Notes: generated by a model from the letters alone, not told the origin. Counted from the first letter of the stretch, positions 1-15,000 are shown. The stretch is DNA of 64,000 nucleotides from Podarcis liolepis (GCA_965112155.1 OZ218106.1), one strand, 5' to 3'. Numbers and translations: made by a program.

Positions 1-177
1 ACTCCCATGGTTAAATATGGGTTAGTGTCACTACCAAGATACATAAAGTATGTGCTTCCTCAAACACCGTTTTAATTTGTTCCACTTCACCCATGTGAGA
101 ATATATCTTAACTTATTACACATTATTACCACAAGCTCAACTGTTTCCTTTTCAAACTTTTCTCGCATGCCTTCAAG

Positions 178-201
178 GATGTAACGCACGATGCTAACTG
201 A
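178..201 (+). CDS. GUCY1B1: Probable last coding exon of soluble guanylate cyclase beta-1 (DVTHDAN*), followed by a long AU-rich 3'UTR
   Basis: Pyrimidine tract + AG (tttctcgcatgccttcaag|GAT) then 7 codons and TGA. As I recall it, the human terminal segment is also 7 aa (ETKQDDD*), and this is the expected syntenic position tail-to-tail with ASIC5. Sequence similarity is low, so the call rests on synteny and structure. Confidence 0.5.
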   Translation, partial: DVTHDAN

Positions 202-3200
202 GCCAGGCGAAAAGCAAGAGGACAAAGAACAGAGTGGAACACTGTGTCCTGCCACTAATACAGCCTGTTTGTAATTAGATGTGACTGCTGTTGCTACATT
301 TGTGTCTCTTCTGTTTGTTCATCCAATCTGTGCCAAACAATAACATTTTCACTAAGCTCCTCTGCCCCCCCCCCCCACCGTGCTGCTCTTTGGTCACTCC
401 CCTTTTGATATTGTAGTAGGTCTTCTGTGGGTCTGTGTATCTCAATGTCTTTGGTCTCCCATTCTTTATCTAACATAAACTTTTTCACATGCCATAAGGG
501 ACGTAGTGCTTCACACATATGCTTCTCATCTACATCTTTAGTGACTAATCACCACGATCTTTATGATGCTGTAACTCAAACTGTTTCTGCGAGGGGAAAA
601 TTCCAATTGATAGCAAGCATCATGAGCTCAGAGAACTGATATTTTTATAGCCGTGATTTGGCATTTTGTTGTAAAGTTTATACTAATCCATCTGCTTTCC
701 TCCAATCTGCTATTGTGAAATATTGCAGTTTGTTCTAGAAGGTAGCTTCAGTACGCTGGTGGTTGCTCTTTTACTATGTATTGACTGTCTGCTGATGCAA
801 CATACGCATTTTGTACATGGAAGAGAAGGGTAGGTTGTTTAATATTATGTTATAGTAGGAAATGTGAGTCAATTTCTGTTCTAAATCTAATTGTGTTCTC
901 TCCTATTTCTCCTACTGAATTCTGGGGGTAAAGATGATTCATGCATACTTGCATAATACGTTGTTGGACAACTTTTAATATAATGCATAATGATATTATT
1001 GCTTTTTAGACCAGGGGACATTCCAAAGAAAAAATTGGATACCCAACCTTGAGGTCCATAATAATGAAGAATTTCTGGGGCTTTGACCAAGTTTTTTTCC
1101 TGAAATTAGGGGACCTATAATAAGTCACAGGTCTCTGACATTCTGCTTCTTGCAAGGCCCATACAGAGGCATTGGCAAAGACTGTCCCATGTGACATATA
1201 CAGTATAGGCATGTGCAAAATGACCCTGAATGCACAGCATGGTTAGGCTACAAAGCATGGATTAGGTACTTCTAAATTGCAAGGCAAATAGCTGCTCCTC
1301 TCCACAAAAGTATCCAAGAATACAAGTAAGATTGTTATGGAAGAAAATGCCATGCTTTGTACTTTTTAAAGGAAGAAGTCACTCTCCAAAGGCACTAGGA
1401 ATTTTAAAACATTAGGCTTCTACCATACAGTCTTTTCCGTTGCCCTGTCCCTCTGGGCAGAGCACCAGGAATGATCAGATGTGCACTATGCAAGAAGCCT
1501 ATTTCCACAATTAGCATGGTGGCAAAACCTGCTGTGCGTTCTTGAAGATTCCCCTTGAAATATGCTTTCCCCAGGATCTGGTCAGACTGCTCTCTTGGGT
1601 GAAATTGAGGCAACAGTATTATTTTATACTATTTCCCTATAAGTGAAAGACATGTTTTGGATATGGTTATCAAGAAAAACCTTTTTTTTTTTAGCCTCTC
1701 TTTTTTAAAGACTTGTTTTATTGCTTGAAAAAAAAGTTTGTCCATTATTATATAAAGAACCTTGATTATCCAGGTTCATCATATGTGTGTCTACATAGAC
1801 CAGTGTAAATGTGAGCTGCACTTGTATTTTTATGAACTTCTGATTATCTTGTATTCTAAACCTGTCAGAATTAATGAGCTCAGTTTAGATACATTGTAGG
1901 AATATATACATTGACTCCTAATTCATTTCATATTTTTGATGATACCTTTATAAGATATGAACATGTACATATATGTATATATACATAAATATGAATGTAA
2001 TGTATAAAATTTGTCAGTCTCTAGTTTATATAAATATATATATATATCTAACCAACATAAAATATATGTATAAATGTTTTATGTCAACATGTATAAGGAA
2101 GGTCTTTAAATTATGGGCTTTTTCTCACTGAAAGGGTTTCTCCCTGTGGAAAACCATATGTTAATATTGGAAACGGTATAATAAATACAATTTATCCCCT
2201 ATCTTCTGAACTGAGTCTCCCTTATTTAAGTAGATCATAATCCAAGGGTGGGGAGTCTTAGGCCCTGCCTCACACATCAAGAGTTTTTGCCTGGCTGGAA
2301 TGTGTCCTTGAGTGATGCCTCTTGCTTGTTCGGATGCCGTTTGTGAGTTTGCATAGAAGCTAGCCTGCTGTAGAAAGGTGAACATTTACATGTGTTGCTC
2401 CTCCCACTTTTGCCTCTGCCCCCACCAACCATCGGCACATGACGCATAGAAGATTGGACAGAAGTAAATGTGGCCCTCAAGCTGAAGAAGGTTTATATTC
2501 ATCCCTCTTGTAGCCCATGGCTTGATCTCAGACTCACTGAATCCATAGGCTGCATTCCATTGCAAACCGTAGAGCTGAGGTTTTGATGGTTGATTTCCAG
2601 AAATCTGTGAATCATGCACGCAAAAAATCTCAAGAATTTTATAGGCCAGATTGGGCCTGCTAGTGTATGTCATGCTGCATTTGCTTTAGGGTCTATTTGG
2701 ATGCTCTGCTAAGCAAGAGGAAAGTGTATGTGACCCCTGCTTTCTCTGTCACCACTTTTGCATCTCCTAGGAAGGGGAGGTTTCCCTCCACACTACTTTA
2801 GTAGAATTTTCAAATCCAGCCTGTTTATAATAGAGCTTAAATTTGTACTGTAACGGCACACAACTTTCATTTTGCATTATTCATTTACGTTCCAGCCCCA
2901 AACACACTTACTTAGGGGACTGACGTCTGAGTGTTCACATTTGTGTGCTATGTTGGCTGAGGTCCATATTTTCATTGTACTTTATGTTCCAAAGGAAAAC
3001 CTTATTAGAACCAAATACTAGAATTTTCCACACCTGCAAAACAAGGCATCAAAAAAGAAACTCACATAAGGTTAGTTTCTATAAAAGTTAAACCAGCTCA
3101 GTATATTTTCTTTTCTTCCAGCACTACAATCTATAATACTGCATCAGAACTGCAGAGCTGATTAATGCCAGAAACAGCTGCTATCAACAACTGTTCAAAG

Positions 3201-5710
3201 CCTTTAAAATGACAGGAATGGTAGCTGCTGGAGACAAATCATGGCGGGTACAAGATACGAAGAGCCTTAAGGTTTCCAGCACCATCGTTCCTTTAACATT
3301 GGTGCAAATCTATTACACACTTCTTAATTATAACCATGCTTCTGGGGGCACTAAATTGCTTTTGAAAAAAAGATGGTCACCACTCTCATTTTAAATTCCT
3401 GCATGCAACAGTCTGAACCATGCCATCGATAGAGCTAACAGTACAATCCTATGAATAGTCGCTTAAAAATAAATCATTTTGAGTGCAATGGGGCCAACTC
3501 TGAACTACGTGTATATAGAAATGCACTGTTAATCAGATTCATTGTAGCATGGCATAAATTGCAGTGCTAACTGTGATGTCAGGTGTCCCATAAGAGCTGC
3601 TCAGTTCAATTTGTACCAATCATGCTGCCCTTGCCACATAAAGAAAGCAACCACTGATATGTTTAAGGTATGTGCCTTATGCAGAGGCACCCCAAGAACT
3701 TTTCCTGCAGGAAGAGAAAATTGTGCTCCCTCACCCACATTCCAGGAATAGAAGCTACCCAGGGTGGCAGTAAAATCTTCAACAGTGGTGATAGGGACAT
3801 CGACGTCCTCCACATCCAAGGGCAGCAAAGTAGCTTAGGTTCTGCAGTGCTGCCCGTGATGCACACTCAGTTCTGTCCTCTTAAGACCACCACTAACTCA
3901 TCACTGCTTGATGACTTGTTCTTCAGCAGGCAATTGAGTGAGACAGCCAGCCAGTTCTGGACAGCAACAAGTAAGAATTGCTGCTACCAGGCCACTAGTC
4001 CACAAGCACAAGAGCTGCCGGAGGATGACCTCAGGAGGACCAGCCAGGGAAAAGCTGCCACTGCCTTCAACCCCCAAACATCTGCCTCACTCTGCCTAAT
4101 TGTACAGTTGGCTGAGTTGTTTGCAATATAAAAACAGAAGTGGGTCTTTCCCTCATTTCTGTAAAAATTCACAGGTAGCCACTTGTCTATAAATTAATAG
4201 CCAACGTGAAAATACTGATTGTGAGTGGGTTGTAAAGTTGGAAATAAAACAATAACTGACATACAGCGTTTAAATAGATGTCATGTCAAGATACTGGGAT
4301 TCCACGGACTTTGTGCTGAGCTAAAACAGTACACTTCACAGGAACGGAAGAAAAGGATATGCATAACAGCAAATGGGGAGAGCTTGTGCATACTTGTGAA
4401 AACTTTTTTTTAAAATTGGAGCATATCTAACTTTCCAGTAATAATTAGGTTCTTGCTATGAAAATGCAAGTTAAGTTTAGAGGTATGGGGAAGCCTGATA
4501 CTGAGAATAGCTGATATCAATTCACAACATATTTGAATTTTTTGAAAGGTCATTTCCTCACTGCTTTCGAGAAGTTCTGTGAAAAACCACATGCAGACAT
4601 GTGTTCACACTCTGAGGTGAGATCAGGCAGTTTCAGTGAAGATGGTTGCTAAGCCAAAACAAAAACAAAACAAAACAAAAAACTCCGTTTCATTTCTAAA
4701 TAAGGAAAGATATATTATTGTCCTGAAGCCATAATATTATATAATTAACGGGATTTTTAAAAGTCAGTAAAAGACCCAGCAGACAATCTATTCAAAGCAT
4801 ATTGGCATTTTAGAATGGAGGACCGGCTAGAATCAATACCTATTGTAAAAGTCATGTTCTCTCTTATTCAGCTGGCCTGTTTGAGTTGTCATTATGGTAT
4901 TTAACCATTAGTTGATGTGTTCTTCTGCTGTGTGCTCTTGCTGGCATAATCAATTCTTCTGTACAATGTTTGTACCTCAAAATTGGCATGACATATGGGT
5001 AATTTAAACTATTTTGAAGTGGTGAGGTGTTTACTGGTGATTCAGATTTTGGTGCTGATATTACAAACTGTGTCATAAAGACAATTCTCCATATAAACAG
5101 AACTGTGCACTGGCTTGTTTGAAACCAGAAAGTATTTAAATAAATGGATGATCTACTAGACTGAAGCCTTCCTGCATATTTCCCAACAGCCCTTGTGTGC
5201 ACCTATAGCATCTGCATGCACACAGGGACTTTTTTGGTGTTTGCTTCTGACTTGCACTTGATGCCACTCTTGGAGTTACCCTGACTTTCAGGAGCAACAT
5301 TTCAGGGTATGTAAATAGCTTCTGTGGGAAACCTGGCCTTTGGATCCCAATCTGTTTATTTTAACTGATCAGTAAACAGTAAGCTCCATTGATCACTGGT
5401 TATGTTTGTGTGACTTTTTGAGTTAGCTAAACTATGGCAGAAAGTCACAGGCCGTGCTGTTACATTTCAAGAGGCAGCAGTGTACTCCACAAGCTAACTG
5501 TTGTACACGTGCCGTAGGCTGTCATCATGTTTCCCATTGTTCCTTAAGGATTTCAAATAACTGATTGTTCAGCTGAAAAACAGCAAAGCCAGACCACTTA
5601 CTAGTTTAAAATAAGTCACACATCCTGCATGCCATCATCATGTTGTGCTCCTTCAGGAGAAAGTAATGGAAAATATATGGACGGAATAATAATAATCCTC
5701 AAATAAAGGT

Positions 5711-6086
5711 AAAGTGGGTGGCACTGTGGTCTAAACCACCGAGTCTCTTGGGCTTGCCGATTGGAAGGTCAGTGGTTCAAATCCTCACGACAGGGTGAAC
5801 TCCTGTTGCTCTGTCCCAGCTTCTGCCAACCTAGCAGTTCAAAAGCATACCTGTGTGAGTAGATAGGTACCGCTGTGGTGGGAAGGTAAATGGTTGTTTC
5901 CGTGTGCTCTGGCACTTGTCACTGTCCTCCGTGCACCAGTAATGGTTTAGTCATGCTGGCCACATGACCTGGAAAGCTGTCTGTGGACAAACGCCGGCTC
6001 CCTTGGCCTGAAAAGTGAGACGAGTGCCGCACCCCATAGCTGCTTTTGACTGGACTTAACCATCCAGGGGTCCTTTACCTTTACCT
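5711..6086 (+). mobile_element. Sauria SINE
   Basis: tRNA-like head (ggtggcactgtggtctaaacc...ggttcaaatcc) and 3' tail ggggtcctttacctttacct; homologous to copies at 15526 and 47538. Confidence 0.85.
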
Positions 6087-6724
6087 AACCCTCTTGAAGG
6101 GGATGTAGCTGCTTTGGATACAGGTTTAGTTCCATGTCTGGTAATTTATGGCAGGAGTGGGAAAGATTCATTCATGAAACCCTGGACGGCTACTTCCAGT
6201 CAGCATAGTTATAGCCTTATGGGTGCTAGAATTTAATTAAGGTTTGGGGTGTGAAAGCTAATTTGCTTGGAGGTGATATCTAGACTGGTGTGTATTTAAG
6301 CCAGAGCCAGTATGTATCTAAGCCTGTGCTAGACCTTGTTAATCCTTTAAGTGAGCCAAGTGTAAAAGCTAATTAAGTAAGATAATTTCATTTTGAGGTG
6401 ATAGCCTGGGGATGAGCTGTTTAGGCAAATCTCATTTGCAAATGAGTGGGTTTTGTCCCTCCCTCAACTTGAGGGTTTAGTTTAAAAGACAATGCCAGTG
6501 TTTTGAGAAACATTTGAGTTCAGAATGGCAGCAGATTTACTAAGCAGGGGCTGGAGAGAGAGTCAAAAAGTAGGATGCTGATGTCTGTTTTGAATCCAAT
6601 GCTATGGCTGTGGGAGAAGCCAAAGTCTTTTGGAATGTAATGCTGGAGATCCCTCCATGGTAGACTTAGGTTGTGTATATGTGTAAATAAATCATAAAGA
6701 CATCACAGTCTCCACTGTGCCTCA

Positions 6725-7075
6725 CTGAAGGAGCGTCTCCACCCCCATCATTCAGCCCGGACACTGAGGTCCAACACCGAGGGCCTTCTGGCGGTTCCCT
6801 CACTGCGAGAAGCCAAGTTACAGGGAACCAGGCAGAGGGCCATCTCGGTAGTGGCGCCTTCCCCGTGGAACGTCCTCCCACCAGATGTCAAAGAGTACAA
6901 CAACTACCAGACCTTTAGAAGACATCTGAAGGCAGCCCTGTTTAGGGAAGCTTTTAATGTTTGATGTATTGCAGTATTTTAATATTTTTTTGGAAGCCGC
7001 CCAGAGTGGCTGGGGAAGCCCAGCCAGATGGGTGGGGTATGAATGAATGAATGAATGAATGAATGAATGAATGAA

Positions 7076-7106
<31 letters not shown>

Positions 7107-7107
7107 A
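6725..7107 (+). mobile_element. L2-clade LINE 3' fragment with (GAAT)n(AAAT)n tail
   Basis: Closely similar to the 3' end of the RT-coding copy at 34369-35576; ends ccagatgggtggggtat + microsatellite tail. Confidence 0.85.
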
Positions 7108-7350
7108 TATTCATTGTCCAAAAGGAAACACAGACCCTGGGTTGAAGTGCATCTGCAACTCCTGGAATCTTGCACCACTCAGAGATTGGGGTGGCTTATA
7201 ACGGTGTAGAGTTAGCTAGACCAAAATAAGATAGCCTTGTATGTTCTTGATTAAATTCTGTCTTTGAAGCTATGTGGGTTTGACAGGCTTGCATGCACCT
7301 GGAAACATTGTAGAGATCCATGGAGAAACAGCAGGGTACAAGGAAATATC

Positions 7351-7586
7351 TACCTCGGGTTACATATGCTTCAGGTTACATACGGTTCAGGTTACAGACT
7401 CTGCTAACCCAGAAATAGTACCTCAGGTTAAGAACTTTGCTTCAGGATGAGAACAGAAATTGTGCTCTGGCGGCACGGCAGCAGCAGGAGGCCCTATTAG
7501 CTAAAGTGGTGCTTCAGGTTAAGAACAGTTTCAGGTTAAGAACGGACTTCCAGAACGAATTAAGTACTTAACCCGAGGTACCACTG
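7351..7586. mobile_element. Tc1/mariner (Tigger-like) MITE, one end truncated
   Basis: Same family as 9179-9420, 19232-19473 and 61679-61860; intact end gaggtaccactg + TA. Confidence 0.8.
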
Positions 7587-8649
7587 TATTTGGGAAGATC
7601 ACAGCAAAAATGGTACCTAGGTACAGCAAATGGAGCATGTTCACTTTGAGGAATGGTGCCATCCCCAGAGTCCCTTGTACGGTCGGTGGTATTGAACAAA
7701 GTCCTTATGCTTCTTGAAATTAATCACAAGATAGTCTCGTGTCTTGTGCCTCTTTTGTGGCCCAGTGATTTTGGAATTCAGTATAAAAATGGTTTTCTTA
7801 AAGGAAAGAGGTAGTTAGGGCCACTAGGCTGGACAAATTGCACAAACAAATACAAGGTTATCAGTAGTTGCTTCCACTGCTGAAGGCAATATGTCTACAG
7901 CTGCAACAATATTTACACTGCATTAATAACCCAGGCTTTAACTTTTTAAAGAAATGCCTTCTTAAATTTTATGTGTTGTGGTATTATTGAGACTGAAGAA
8001 ATGTTGCTTTAAAACAGCTCCCTTTAGCAGCTGCATGCATTTTGGTAGATACTCATCAACACAGATCAAAATGAAGAGGACTGATGGTTGTGATATCAAT
8101 AAAAGACACCATGTTTTACATATCTGTAAGTTTGGGGAAACAGCTGTTTCTTTCTTCCCCCTCCACCCAGCCTTTGTGTATATGTGGTTCCCAGCAAGGA
8201 ATGCGATATAACACTTGGTATTCTAAACAGATAATAAAAATTAGGATCCAAATCCAAGCAATTAAAAATGTCAACCGCTCTCAAGAAAATGTGTTCCTGT
8301 GAGTATTCTCCTGCCCCAGGTCCCTATGCATCTGGCTATTCAGAAGAAATGTGTCTTTTAGAGCCCAGAGCAAGATGCCACTTTGATTGTTTGGATCAAA
8401 TGTTAATAAGTATTAAAGGTATTACAACTCAAGCTGGGCCAGATACACACCCACACCAACTCAGTGAAATAATATTTATTTTTTGTGGGAGAGGAGGAAT
8501 GGAAGAACTTTCAAGTGAAGGTGTGCCTGTCCTCGAAGATGAGGTAGTTGGGGGATTTGTTTTTTCTTTTTAACAGAAAAAAGCTGTATCACTACTTCAG
8601 CTTCTCCCTGAGGCATACCTTTTGTAATTAAGGACAGAATTCCACATGG

Positions 8650-8815
8650 GAACAGGGCTATATAGCTTGATGCTATTGTTCCTTCTAGCTCAGCACTGTC
8701 TACACAGATTGGCGGAGGCCCTCCAGGATTTCAGGTAAGAGTCTTTCCTAGCTCTTTCAGAAGACAGCGGGTATTAAACCTAAGGCCCTTTTGCATGCAG
8801 AACAGATGCTCTACT
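8650..8815 (-). mobile_element. tRNA-derived squamate SINE (Squam3-like), diverged
   Basis: Reverse complement resembles the copy at 10515-10680 (gtagagcatctg..tgcatgc...ccctggag...tgtagacagtgctgagctag). Confidence 0.55.
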
Positions 8816-9178
8816 ACTGAATTAAAGCCTTCTGGCGGGCGGGTGTGGGTGTGGGAAACCCTGCTCTAAGGGAGTGGAGGGTGGGTGACTCGCGACGGGA
8901 CGACAAAAGTGAGGGATGGAGGCTGGCGCCGCAGCAATTCAGGCTGCTGTACACGCCCCCTTGAAGGCACCTGGTTGGATGCCTGACCGAGGGCGTGGGC
9001 ACCAGCCAGGTTAGTGGGAGGCAGGGGGCAAATGCCCCCTGCTTGAGGCGGAGTCCGGCTCCCGGCCACAACCACTCCCCTCTCTTGCAGGGAGGAGAGT
9101 CTTTACGGTATGTCCCCTGTGAATCTTCATACACTGTCTGTCAGTTTGATATTGTATTGGTGGAACAAAATACTAGTA

Positions 9179-9420
9179 CAGTGGTACCTCGGGTTAAGTA
9201 CTTAATTCGTTCCGGAAGTCTGTTCTTAACCTGAAACTGTTCTTAACCTGAAGCACCACTTTAGCTAATGGGGCCTCCTGCTGCTGCCGCACCACTGGAG
9301 CATGATTTCTGTTCTCACCCTGAAGCAAAGTTCTTAACTTGAGGTACTATTTCTGGGTTAGCAGAGTCCGTAACCTGAAGCGTATGTAACCTGAAGCGTA
9401 TGTAACCCGAGGTACCACTG
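9179..9420. mobile_element. Tc1/mariner (Tigger-like) MITE
   Basis: TIRs CAGTGGTACCTCGGGTTA / TAACCCGAGGTACCACTG with TA on both flanks. Confidence 0.9.
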
Positions 9421-10514
9421 TAATGCAGTTTGTTTAAGCTAGAAAGTTTCAGAGTTACCTCAGGGTTGAGTTGGCAATATCTGTCAACACAAACAAGGAC
9501 ATTTAGGCCATATAAACACATTGAGTCCACTGGCTCATGCACTGACATTTCTTTGAACAAAAGTGATTGCAAAATAACAATTCTGCTACCATTTACATCG
9601 TCACTTTTCTCTCAGTGAAAGCAGAGAATGGCAAAAATACATATTTCTGAGTAACATGGGCCACATTGCGCATAGGGTGGGTTGGGTCCTACTTTACAGA
9701 GTTGAGCCTTGATTTGAAGGGCTGTCGGAGGACAGTCCTCTATTTGAATAAGTCATTTATTTGGCCCAAGTGCAACTTAAAATTAAGAAGTATATGGAGG
9801 GAGACCAGGCCCCTTGGCAGTGAGCACCAGGACATCAGACTAAGAAGGCTCACAGCTCACCTGATCTTCCCCTTACTGAACACCATAAATGTGGTTTCAC
9901 TGGACTGCAGTGTCAGTAGTGAGCACAAAAAAGTAGCCATGGATATTGTGTGTTTTAAAGATCATTCTTTACCTGAAAATATCTCATTTTATTCTGGAAA
10001 AATAGAAAGCTAAGTAGGACATCTGCTGGTCATAAATTGCAATTAGGGATTCTTCAATCTAAAGCAAACACTCCCCCTCAGCTATTTATTTCCCTGTTAG
10101 GGTGTGGGTGAGTTGGCTGTCTATAACAATATATTTTAAATTCTATCTAACAAAAGGGTTTTTGCATTATGTGAAATGTTGCAGTCATGTCCTTTTCAAA
10201 AAAACTTTGATGAAAGTATTACTATTTTTATAATGTCTATAGTTTCTACTTTATATTATTCACTTGCTTCAGAGATTAATTTCCTAAAATTGTTGAGGTC
10301 TGGTTCTAGAGCTCAAACCTGCTTTGAAGCAATGCCCTTTGACTTGGAAGGCCTGTGCCCACACCACTATCTTTCATATATCTACCAAATCTCTTTAGGA
10401 AGCTTTTCAAGGATTTGCTGTCTGCAGTGCAAGGCGGAATGGGAAAACTGAAGCATTCCGAAGCTGGTTATAATGCTGCAATGCGATTCTAACATATGGA
10501 AGGACTTTCTTTCC

Positions 10515-10680
10515 AGAATAGAACACCTGCTTTGCATGCAAAAGGACCCAGGTCCAATCCCTGGTGTCTCCAGGTAGAGCTAGGAACAGCTCCTGCCTGA
10601 ATCCCTGGAGGAAGCTGCAGCCGCCAGTGTGGGCAATACTGAGTTATATGGACAAAGGGTCTGACTCAATATGAGGCTTC
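10515..10680 (+). mobile_element. tRNA-derived squamate SINE (Squam3-like)
   Basis: tagaacacctgctttgcatgcaaaaggacccaggtccaatccctgg head with B-box-like motif; related diverged copies near 6100-6205 and 32095-32250. Confidence 0.6.
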
Positions 10681-11867
10681 TAAGGAAAGGCAGGAGGAGA
10701 AAAAGGCAGCAAGTGGAGATGCCTGAGGTCCTATATCTCTATTGAAGCATGAGCACATAGCATTTAGCAGTGACAGAGTGATTTAGCTCCAAATCATTCT
10801 TCCTTCTGTGTAGACTCATGACCCACACCCAACAGCAAGCATTATTGGTCTGCAGTTTGCTATGCTAGTCCAACTTGACTTTTGCATGCAAAAATTAGCA
10901 GACTATCCCAAATGAAGCAGAATTCACAGTGAATTATAATTTCAGTTTCGACTTTTATCATGTTCATTAGTACAATCTTGCATCATCAATCATGCTCACA
11001 TGTGCATATGCCTATTATGTGTTCAGCTGTACATCTAATAATCATGAATTTACTACATGACTACATCTCATGCCCATCTTGACTACTGAATGAAGAGGAA
11101 CTTCCTCACTGAAGGATGGAGGTAGAGGCATACTTTTGAACACCCACTAGACTTTAAGTGGCAGGATACACGGAAGTTGTGTCATGCACTTTACCTGTAC
11201 AATTGCTCTCCTGATAAATACATCTTCAGAAATAAAAATGGCCATTTCAAGAACTCCTATTAACATGGGCATGCTCAGATGCCTTCATTTGAGATGAGAA
11301 CCAAGGTAATTCATATTGAATCCTTGACCTCCATCAGTCTTGTCTTTGCCCATTTTGGCTCTTCCCCTCACACTTGATACAGTTGAGAAACTGCTGGAAA
11401 GTAGCAGGGTAGGTGGGGAAGGAAGCTACCACCCAGAGAGATAGCAATGGTGGAGGACCTTTCCAAGCTTAGGAGAATTCTAGGACACCTCACCCCACTC
11501 AGTTTCCTATGAAAGTTATCCAATAAAAGTTAGAGAGAGTGAACCAATTATAAGTTGGGATGGGGGAATGTCATTTTGTGCACTCCAATGAGAATTAGGC
11601 ACACCTACATCCCACTGACATAAATGTGGACTAATGTGAATTCTATTGTACATGAGGAAATTCTGTGTTCTCCGTGACGGTGCAGACTACCAGGATAAAC
11701 AAGCCCTGCATTCATAAATACTTGCCTTCCCTAATATCTGTTTTCTGGACTTGCATCAGAGAAATAAGTGTGAACTGAATACTGTTTTATCTTGCATTAT
11801 TTTCAGAAGGAAATGGCATTTACTGAAAATAAAATTTCACCTTCTTCCATTCCCTTTCTGCAAGCCC

Positions 11868-12058
11868 TTAACATTCTTGTATTCTTCTTTTGTGTGTTTG
11901 TGCATTCTGATCTGTAGTATTCCAGTTGGGCACTTCTGGTGCTTTCAGTAGAAGAAAGACACACATCCAACAGAAGTTGGTGAAAATATATTCCACAACC
12001 TCTATGATTGTAATCATACTGGCTCCACAAAACAAACCAAGTTGGCCACCAACATCAG
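11868..12058 (-). CDS. ASIC5: ASIC5 exon 10 (TM2, GAS filter, stop)
   Basis: ADVGGQLGLFCGASMITIIEVVEYIFTNFCWMCVFLLLKAPEVPNWNTTDQNAQTHKRRIQEC*; acceptor ctttcattacag. Confidence 0.96.
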
Positions 12059-15000
12059 CTGTAATGAAAGAAATAGAGAGATTGGTCCAGCAATTCTGTG
12101 CCTCTATAGTCTATCGACATTAGTATGATTTAATTCTATCTAAATGTGTTCAGGATTGGGATACTAGTCTTCAGTCTTGAAATCACTGACACACTGAGTG
12201 AAAGCCGTCTAATGAAATGGACTTATGTCATCACAATGGGACTTCCCCTTCCTATCCTCCCTCCTGTAATCCCAACATGCCCCCCAAATATGCTCCAGAA
12301 CATTCCAGAAAGCATTTGGGTGGTGGGGCAGAGAGCAAGGGGAAGTCCCTTGCTGAAACAGAAATGTAGTTGCACAATGTTGAATAAGATCCATTTCAAA
12401 ACTGAATAGATTTTGTGCTTCAGATTGAAAAATACTCACCAGAACGACCACTTCCGTTATGCAACTCTGTTGAAATCTATTACTAACTTAAGTTCTACTG
12501 GTTTCTGTGGGCCCAAAGTGAAACTAAAATACCATACACACTTACCTACTGAACATAGTGGAAATTACTTCTAAATAAATATTATTGTGCTGTAGCCTAG
12601 TGTAATACAAGACTTGTCAGCAAACAAATAGAAATGTATTATATAGAAATACTGGGTGGTAGTCAACTGTTGTTTTTTTACTCAGAGTAGACCCACTGAA
12701 ATTAATGACCCTAACTTAGTAATGTTTATTGATTCTATTCTGAGTAAAAAAATAATACTACCCACTAATTACTGCCCACTGTTAAATACCATCCGCTGGT
12801 AAAGATAGTTATATCTTATCATCCAAATAATGCTAATTAAGAAAACAGTGATAGTGTGATGCAGCATAAAGTAATTATGTCAACAACTACTTCATTATTG
12901 TGATCACACAGAAATGTAGGGGGTTTTTTGTTTGTTTTTTTAAGTTCATTTGGGTCACTTACCAAGTAGCTCAGATACACTCAATGCCTTCTGCTGCCGG
13001 GTCATTTTGTAATTCAAATCATGATATCTAATGTCAATATATACAAGGTTACGCCTATGGATAATAAAGGCACACTTTTATTATGCAATTGTATTACTAT
13101 TTATTATCATCATGATGATCAATCTAGCCATCACCATCTGCAGAAAATACTATTCATGCTTTAAACAAAGTAACAATAATCTGAAATCGTGGGGAGGTGG
13201 AGAGAACATAGAATTTGATTCTGCAGCACACTCAAGAGTGTTTTCATATGTTATAAAGTCAGCCTAAACAGTTCTTATGAGCCCCTGTGTCTTCTCATAA
13301 GAAGTATCCCAATGTGAAGAAGAGTAACTTCCAATGGGAAGCAGGCAACTCTTGTGCATGGAACAGATTATCCAGGTAGGCAGGAAGACTGGATAATGTC
13401 CTTGGGATTTTTTAAGTACACATCTACAGGTTTTTTAAAAATAAATATGAATCTAAAAATATAATGTTTGGATATGACAAACAGATAAATGTCTTGGAAC
13501 ATGAATGTTTCATTTAGGTACATGTGCCAAAGAGATAAGGTCAGGAGAAACTCTGGGCTGAGTGTACACTTAATGGCAACCCTCACTGGTTGCTGCAAAA
13601 TGTACTAAAATTCCTAGGATCACTAGATTACAATGAAAAATGACACCATTGAAATAGTATTTACTTACCGGTACTCAGTTCAAATGATTGCTGATGACCA
13701 GCTTTGAGTGCTTCACCTTGGCCTAGCTATTACTTAAATTCTGAGCTAATAGTTTTCTTTTTTTATGAACATTTAGTTGGACCATTAAATTTTGTTTAAT
13801 AAATCAATGTTAGGCAATCCTAGCTCTAAAAATGAAGGCTCAACGCGTGAGCACTCCTTTCTTCAAGGACCTTCTCCATTTTAAACCTGTTGCATTATAA
13901 TTACCATAATGACCCTGCTAATGGATCCCACAGTTTGGGCTTCCTGAGGTAGCTGAGGCAATACCACAATACATATTTGGAATAGGGCTGTAAATAGTTG
14001 AAACTACCTTTTAAAGTTTCTGAAAAATCAATGGATGACTATTAGTTAATTTATGATGTTAAACTCATTAATATGTTTGTTTGATCCTGACTGGTTAATC
14101 ACTTGGGAACAGAAACATTTCCCTGTAATTTGTCATGCTTCAGTGACTAATTGCTAGATAGTACCCCATTTGTGAACAGTAATCAAATGTCAGAAGGAGT
14201 AAAATAAAAATGTTGTTATGAAGACACCATCGCATAGGGTGGGGAAGATCCATAGCATTTCTTTGATTAAAAGCAGCTGCAATTTTGATCAGTGAAAAAA
14301 ATGACAGTCACAGAACCAAGAAATTACACAAAATGAATGAAATGCCGTGAAAATCCCTGAAAGGAGAAGTAATCGGCTATAGAGTTAAACTAAATAACAA
14401 AAATCAAAAAGTTTAAGGAAAAAATTAACCTAGAATTCAAGGCATTTCATTTGTTTTGTGCAATTTTGATCAGAGCAGTGGCAATGGGGGGCCATTCCTC
14501 TAGTCCCACCTGCTGCCAAGTAGAGCTAATAGTAGATTAGAAAATGTCACAGGAGGAACAGAGTTAAGAACTTTCCCCCAATCCATAGCCTCCTCCAGCT
14601 CCATTAAATTAACAGTAGGGGGAAATGTGAGATCTAAGCACAGATCTTCTGTAGTTTGATCTTCACAAGATTAATATAATATAACATAATCATTAATAAA
14701 ACTGCTTTTAGTGTTGATAAAATCAGAGACGTTTCCAGTGATAATGAAGATAAACTAAAGAGTCCTCATCTATAGAAGAGTGAACTTTAAAATTTATATT
14801 GGATTATAAACATTTTTAAAGAGCCTGTGATTTATAAGCTTATGTTACAATAAATCTATTAGGTTTTTTCAAATGTGCCTTTGTGTTTTTGCTGTTGCAG
14901 GGCAACATAACTACCCTTGCAGAAGTTATATATTTTTGCTTGGGGGGGGGATATTGGGTGAAGTGATCAGAGATCCCTGACTCAAAACGTTTTCAAAAAG

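Noticed and set aside
3601-4172. 153-aa ORF and neighbours
   Set aside because: No domain similarity or convincing splice structure.
6250-6724. LTR-like fragment; similar patches at 8830-9132, 28306-29240 and 48650-49030
   Set aside because: No paired termini or TSD could be established, so they are not called as features.
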